From an uncultured Pseudomonadota bacterium (GTDB lineage: Bacteria; Vulcanimicrobiota; Vulcanimicrobiia; Eremiobacterales; Eremiobacteraceae), in NCBI GenBank assembly GCA_963736005.1, contig CAVTNB010000001.1, positions 64,001 to 128,000 of the forward strand: a stretch of DNA of 64,000 nt. Direction: 5' to 3'. Under the pieces are notes generated by a model, which had not been told where the DNA came from, made no database searches, and saw nothing but the letters and a program-made list of their open reading frames with translations. A program made the position numbers and the translations under genes. Shown here one piece after another: positions 59,431 to 64,000 of this stretch (position 1 is its first letter; the number at the start of each line of letters is the position of its first letter).

Positions 59431-60473
59431 CGGCAAAGAAAATGCGGCTGCCGATCACCCCTCCGTACCCGCCGATGGAAACCAGATCCAGCGAAACAAT
59501 TCCCACGGGCGACGAGTGGCAGTACGAGCCCAAGTGGGATGGTTTTCGCTGCCTTGTCTTCAGAGATGGCGACGAGATATTTTTGCAGTCAAAGAACGGC
59601 TTGCCATTGGCGCGCTACTTTCCAGAAATGGTGGAGCATGTACGCGCGCTCAAGGCCAAAAAGTTCGTGCTCGACGGCGAACTCGTGATCCGCGTGGGGA
59701 AATCACTTTCTTTCGAGGAGCTGCAGAACCGTCTTCACCCGGCAGAGAGTCGAGTGCGCAAGCTCTCGCGCGAACATCCGGCAAGCTATTTGGTCTTTGA
59801 CCTCCTCGCGGACGACCGCGGAACAAGTTTGGTCGCGATGCCTTTACGCGAGCGCCGGCGTCGCCTCGAGGCGTTTGCAAAGCGGTATTTTAGCGGCGGC
59901 AGCATTCGGCTGTCTAAAGCGACCAAGCAACGCCGGGTTGTCGATACTTGGCTCTCCTCTGTGGGAGGCGCGCTCGATGGCATCATTGCGAAGCGTCTCG
60001 ATCTCGACTACCGGTCCGGCGATCGCACGGGAGCCCAAAAGATCAAGAAGCTGCGCACGGCTGACTGCGTCGTCGGAGGCTTTCGCTACGCCAGCGGCAG
60101 CAAAGTCATTGGATCCCTCTTGCTGGGTTTGTTCGACGATCGCGGCCTCCTCAATCATGTCGGCTTTACGTCGGGGTTGAGCGTAGACGAACGCAAGACT
60201 CTCGTGCGCACCCTCAAACCGCTCATCCGGCCACCTGGCTTTACCGGCCGTGCACCGGGTGGCCCGAGTCGCTGGAGCACGGATCGCACCGACCAGTGGG
60301 AACCGCTCGCACCGAAACTTGTTGTTGAGGTGAGTTTCGATCATGTGAGCGATGACCGATTTCGTCATGGAACGCGCTTGTTGCGCTGGCGTCCGGACAA
60401 ATCGCCGCGGCAGTGCACGATGGAGCAACTGGAGTCTGCCGGCGGTGCTTCGGTCTTAAAATTGAGCACCTAG
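59427..60473 (+). CDS. ligC: ATP-dependent DNA ligase, LigC-type
   Basis: YEPKWDGFR, LDGEL, FDLL, GGPSRWS, RFRHG..WRPDK. Confidence 0.9.
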   Translation: MTAKKMRLPITPPYPPMETRSSETIPTGDEWQYEPKWDGFRCLVFRDGDEIFLQSKNGLPLARYFPEMVEHVRALKAKKFVLDGELVIRVGKSLSFEELQNRLHPAESRVRKLSREHPASYLVFDLLADDRGTSLVAMPLRERRRRLEAFAKRYFSGGSIRLSKATKQRRVVDTWLSSVGGALDGIIAKRLDLDYRSGDRTGAQKIKKLRTADCVVGGFRYASGSKVIGSLLLGLFDDRGLLNHVGFTSGLSVDERKTLVRTLKPLIRPPGFTGRAPGGPSRWSTDRTDQWEPLAPKLVVEVSFDHVSDDRFRHGTRLLRWRPDKSPRQCTMEQLESAGGASVLKLST

Positions 60474-60504
60474 GGACGGCCGCGATCACTTCGCGTCACG
60501 AGGT

Positions 60505-61518
60505 TTATCCGCCGATGCGCGACATCTCAACTTTCGGTCGCCCGGCGGTCTGCTGCGTTCGTATCTCGGAGTAGCGATCGTCGCGCACGCGCCATCTCAC
60601 CTTCAGGGCGTCAGTAATCTCCGAATCGGAGTTACCGCCACGGATCAATGCGCGAACATCGAAGCCAGAAGAGGCGAACAGACATGTGTAGAGCTGCCCA
60701 TCGGAGGAGAGTCTCGCGCGCGTGCAGTCGCCGCAGAATGGTTGCGTGACGGACGCGATAATGCCGATCTCCCCGCTGCCATCGCGGTAGCGATAGCGGC
60801 GGGCAACCTCACCGCGATAATTCGGCTCGAGCGCTTCGAGCGGCAGCTGCGCATCGATCAAGTGGAAGATTTCCATTGCAGACACTACATCATCCAGGCG
60901 CCAGCCATTTGTGCTCCCGACGTCCATGTATTCAATGAAGCGCAAGATGCAGCCGGTGCCTTGGAAATGCCGCGCCATGTCCACGAGCGTGTGCTCGTTC
61001 ATTCCGCGCTTGACGACGACGTTGATCTTGAGGAGGCCAAGCCCCGCATGCAGTGCGGCTTCGATGCCTTCAAGGACACGGCTCACCGGAAATTCGACGT
61101 CATTCATCGACCGGAAGACCGCGTCGTCGAGCGAATCCAAGCTGACCGAGACGCGCTGCAAGCCCGCGGCTTTGAGTGCGCTGGCCTTGCCCGCGAGCAG
61201 CGAGCCGTTCGTCGTCAGGGTGAGATCCCGAAGATCCGGTATGCGCGAGAGCATCTCAACCAACTTTTCGATATCGCGGCGCAGAAGCGGCTCTCCCCCT
61301 GTGAGGCGTATTTTTTCGACGCCAAGCGCCACAAAAATCTCCGCGGCCCGCGTGATCTCCTCAAACGAAAGCAGCTCTCCGGACGGCAAGAAATGGAAGT
61401 CTCGACCGAAGACCTCCTTCGGCATGCAGTACGTGCACCGAAAGTTGCAGCGATCGGTGACGGAAATGCGCAGATCTCGAAGGGGGCGGTTAAGGGAATC
61501 GAGCACGGGGCCAGGCAT
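60505..61518 (-). CDS. moaA: GTP 3',8-cyclase
   Basis: CNFRCTYC radical SAM motif, [11 protein letters not shown]-terminal MSRIGG. Confidence 0.97.
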   Translation of the reverse strand: MPGPVLDSLNRPLRDLRISVTDRCNFRCTYCMPKEVFGRDFHFLPSGELLSFEEITRAAEIFVALGVEKIRLTGGEPLLRRDIEKLVEMLSRIPDLRDLTLTTNGSLLAGKASALKAAGLQRVSVSLDSLDDAVFRSMNDVEFPVSRVLEGIEAALHAGLGLLKINVVVKRGMNEHTLVDMARHFQGTGCILRFIEYMDVGSTNGWRLDDVVSAMEIFHLIDAQLPLEALEPNYRGEVARRYRYRDGSGEIGIIASVTQPFCGDCTRARLSSDGQLYTCLFASSGFDVRALIRGGNSDSEITDALKVRWRVRDDRYSEIRTQQTAGRPKVEMSRIGG

Positions 61519-61555
61519 TTGGCTGACTTCTTGTCGGCATCGCGTCGTTCCCGTG

Positions 61556-61595
61556 GAGCGGATCTAAAGATCCGCTGCTACGTAGGGCGATTTTC
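61556..61595 (-). repeat. REP-like family B hairpin plus truncated family A
   Basis: GAGCGGATCTAAAGATCCGCTGCTACGTAGGGCGATTTTC. Confidence 0.72.
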
Positions 61596-61622
61596 TACAG
61601 GGATTTCGAAACGAAGCGATTT

Positions 61623-62591
61623 TCAAAGCTCAGCTGCGACGGCGAAGGGTGTGCAATCCAGTGCGTCGATGGCGCAGGCCGCATGCTCGCCCATTGTGAC
61701 TATCTCATAGTCAGCCGCAAGCAGGTCGAGTGCGCCGGCGACGAGCTCAAGTTTGCGCTCGCTTGACATGTTCATCGCAGGGAAGAAGGACAGCGATTGG
61801 TTATCCTCTCGCCCGAGAAAATCAAGCGGGTGCAAGAGCAGCGAAGGTGTCGTGGCGGTCAATTTGCATAAGGCCAGCGCGCTGCGGAAGTAGCCCAGCG
61901 CCAACTGATGAGAAAAACCAGCGAGATAGAGGAGATAGCTGACATGCATCGGCAGGCGGGAACCTGGCATCGTCGTCACGGGTATTTCCAACAGTTCGTC
62001 GCCATCAAACCTAAAGCGATAAGGCCGATTCGGGCGGAAACCGTCGGCGATCGACCCGAACAGGGCGCGTCGTCGGCGCAGTTCGGCGCCTTTTAAGTTG
62101 CTGCGCATGAAGTAGTACGCGCGCGCGAGCGGACCGATGAACGTCGGGAACGTGGATGCGTCATATCGATAACCCCGCTTGCACAGCGTTCGCAGCAAGG
62201 CGGGCGAGCAAGAAAAACCAGGACCGCGAAAGCCGATGGGTCGCTGTCCAGTCGTTTTGGCGATCGACTCCTCAGCCAGCTCAACCTCGCGCTCGATGGC
62301 GGCGTCCGAGTACAGATTCAGCCAAGGTTCGTGATTGAAGGAATGATTGCCAATCTCGTGTCCAGCCGCAGCGATCGATCGCAACGCATCCTCGTTTTTT
62401 TCGAGCGCTGCATCTTGTCCAACGATGAAGAAGGTAATCTTGAGATTTCGCTGTTGGAAAAAATCGAGCACGCGAGGCACGATCCAGTGCAAGTACGATG
62501 GGAACGATGACCAGTTCGCGTCACCGTGGGTCTTCAGGTAGGTCCACTCATTGTCGAGGTCGAGCGAAAGGCTCGCGATCGGCTTAGGCAT
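61623..62591 (-). CDS. Polysaccharide deacetylase family protein
   Basis: LSLDLD, TFFIVG, HEIGNHSFNH, GFRGPGFS, YDAS. Confidence 0.9.
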   Translation of the reverse strand: MPKPIASLSLDLDNEWTYLKTHGDANWSSFPSYLHWIVPRVLDFFQQRNLKITFFIVGQDAALEKNEDALRSIAAAGHEIGNHSFNHEPWLNLYSDAAIEREVELAEESIAKTTGQRPIGFRGPGFSCSPALLRTLCKRGYRYDASTFPTFIGPLARAYYFMRSNLKGAELRRRRALFGSIADGFRPNRPYRFRFDGDELLEIPVTTMPGSRLPMHVSYLLYLAGFSHQLALGYFRSALALCKLTATTPSLLLHPLDFLGREDNQSLSFFPAMNMSSERKLELVAGALDLLAADYEIVTMGEHAACAIDALDCTPFAVAAEL

Positions 62592-63957
62592 TGGTTTGAA
62601 CCGCGACGGGGCGATTTTCCAATCGCCCCCTACAGTCGCCCGCTACGGGTCGGCATAAGGTGGTGGCTGCGCTGTTTGCGAGACGAACGGTCTCGTTGAC
62701 GTTGAGCGTGCCGTTGACGATATGGGCAGAGTTGACGATCGAAATGCCCGGCACGGACGTTTGCATCGGCGGCAAGCGCTTGGAATAGCCCAACGTGGAA
62801 ATGGGCAAGACGTAGCGCACGCGCGAGATGCGGAAACTGAGCACGTCCTCTCGAGAGAAACCTGGATACATGCGCTCGAGCGCGCGCACGAAATTCGTCT
62901 CGATCTGCTCGTCGGCTAGAGCAAACGCCGGGTCGTCAGAGGCAAGGTACTTGGGAAGATAGACAAGCGAGTTGCCGCCGAATTGGGCTCGGTCCACCAG
63001 CGCCGACATCTCGATAACCGCTGTGAAGGGTACCCACCCATCGGTGATGTTCGTGACGTAAAAGCCTAAGAGGGGCCGCCGGAGCAACAGCGATGCACAG
63101 ACGATTCCCTGGTACTTGACGCCGTGAAGTCGACGGAGTTCGTCGTCATTGAGTTGCGAGCACAGGGCCGCGGCAAGTGGCGCAGCGACGGTTATAATGG
63201 CGCGATCGAAAAGTTCCTCTCGGCCGTCAGCAAACGCAACCGCAACGCCCGCCTCGTTGCACGCACGAACACGGGCCACAGGTGTGCCGACCTCGAGGCG
63301 AACCCCTTCGACCCGCAGCTTGTGCTCGAAGCTCTCGAGCACTCGCGCGTACCCGCCCGGCACGTAACCGAACTGCTCCCGCTTGAGGCCGGAACGCCGC
63401 GCGGCATACATGCGCGCAATAACCGCCCAGATGAAAGCGGCGGACGTCACGCGATAGTTTTCGCCGAGCTTGGCGCGCAAGAGTGGCAGCCAGATCTTTT
63501 CAAACGTTCTTTGTCCGGAGAGACGCACCAGCCAGTCGCTAACTGAAATATCCTCAAGCTCTTCCCAACGCCGCACTCGAGATGCGTGCAGGATCGTCGC
63601 GGCGAGCCGCGCTTTGTCGACGAGATCGAGTGGCGCAAAGGCGATAAACTCTGGCACGTTCGACATGGAATGGAAAGCGCCGTCGGTATAAAAGCCGGTC
63701 CTTGTCGTCACCCATTGCAGCTCGCGCTCGAGCTCGAGTTCGCCGAGCAGCGAGCGCAATTCGGTGTCGGAAGAAAGCGTGACGTGGTAGTGGCGATCCC
63801 AGGTGATGTCACCGAGGCGCCACGCGCTTGCAAGGCCACCAAGATTCTGGGCGGCCTCGATGAGGGTCACATCCCTTCCTGCGAGGCGCAAGCGGTGGGC
63901 CAGCGTCATCCCCAGCATGCCGGCGCCGACAATAGCGCACCGCTCGCGCGCGGCCAT
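62584..63957 (-). CDS. FAD/NAD(P)-dependent oxidoreductase (protoporphyrinogen oxidase-like fold)
   Basis: GAGMLG, EAAQNLGGLA, WDRHYH; probably part of a surface polysaccharide cluster continuing off-window. Confidence 0.85.
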   Translation of the reverse strand: MAARERCAIVGAGMLGMTLAHRLRLAGRDVTLIEAAQNLGGLASAWRLGDITWDRHYHVTLSSDTELRSLLGELELERELQWVTTRTGFYTDGAFHSMSNVPEFIAFAPLDLVDKARLAATILHASRVRRWEELEDISVSDWLVRLSGQRTFEKIWLPLLRAKLGENYRVTSAAFIWAVIARMYAARRSGLKREQFGYVPGGYARVLESFEHKLRVEGVRLEVGTPVARVRACNEAGVAVAFADGREELFDRAIITVAAPLAAALCSQLNDDELRRLHGVKYQGIVCASLLLRRPLLGFYVTNITDGWVPFTAVIEMSALVDRAQFGGNSLVYLPKYLASDDPAFALADEQIETNFVRALERMYPGFSREDVLSFRISRVRYVLPISTLGYSKRLPPMQTSVPGISIVNSAHIVNGTLNVNETVRLANSAATTLCRPVAGDCRGRLENRPVAVQTNA

Positions 63958-64000
63958 TAGCGGGTTCGCATGGGGAGTGGTGGTGGCGTAAGTTCGTGCA

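Noticed and set aside
58504..60473. Complete NHEJ system
   Set aside because: No Ku gene in the window; the Pol-domain plus LigC pair is a known, common arrangement.

Overview
GC-rich bacterial chromosomal window from a diderm (TonB-dependent receptor present). The gene mix suggests Candidatus Eremiobacterota, which is inference only. Three tRNA genes are present: Asp-GTC, Phe-GAA and Gly-CCC. The first ~14 kb is an integration hotspot: tRNA-Asp is followed by three further copies of its 3' half (48 bp exact, 46 bp exact, 33 bp with 3 mismatches), each with a hairpin, and TGTAGCATAA boxes lie around these sites. They delimit three tandem, progressively decayed islands carrying mntR-mntH, a c-di-GMP/Crp module, and a dead tyrosine integrase. 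At 38.4-49.0 kb is the best candidate for an undescribed system: a divergent patatin phospholipase plus an apparent operon of SLOG-SLATT, multi-TIR, membrane-anchored nSTAND1-WD40 and an exported YD-repeat protein. The rest is accessory or housekeeping metabolism (ferritin-like/CDGSH fusion, ECF42-type sigma, inositol-type ABC transporter, LigD-Pol/LigC, moaA) with GTAG-type REP-like hairpins. Several ordinary genes carry isolated small frameshifts, so assembly indel errors are likely. All domain calls come from motif recognition by eye; no searches were run.
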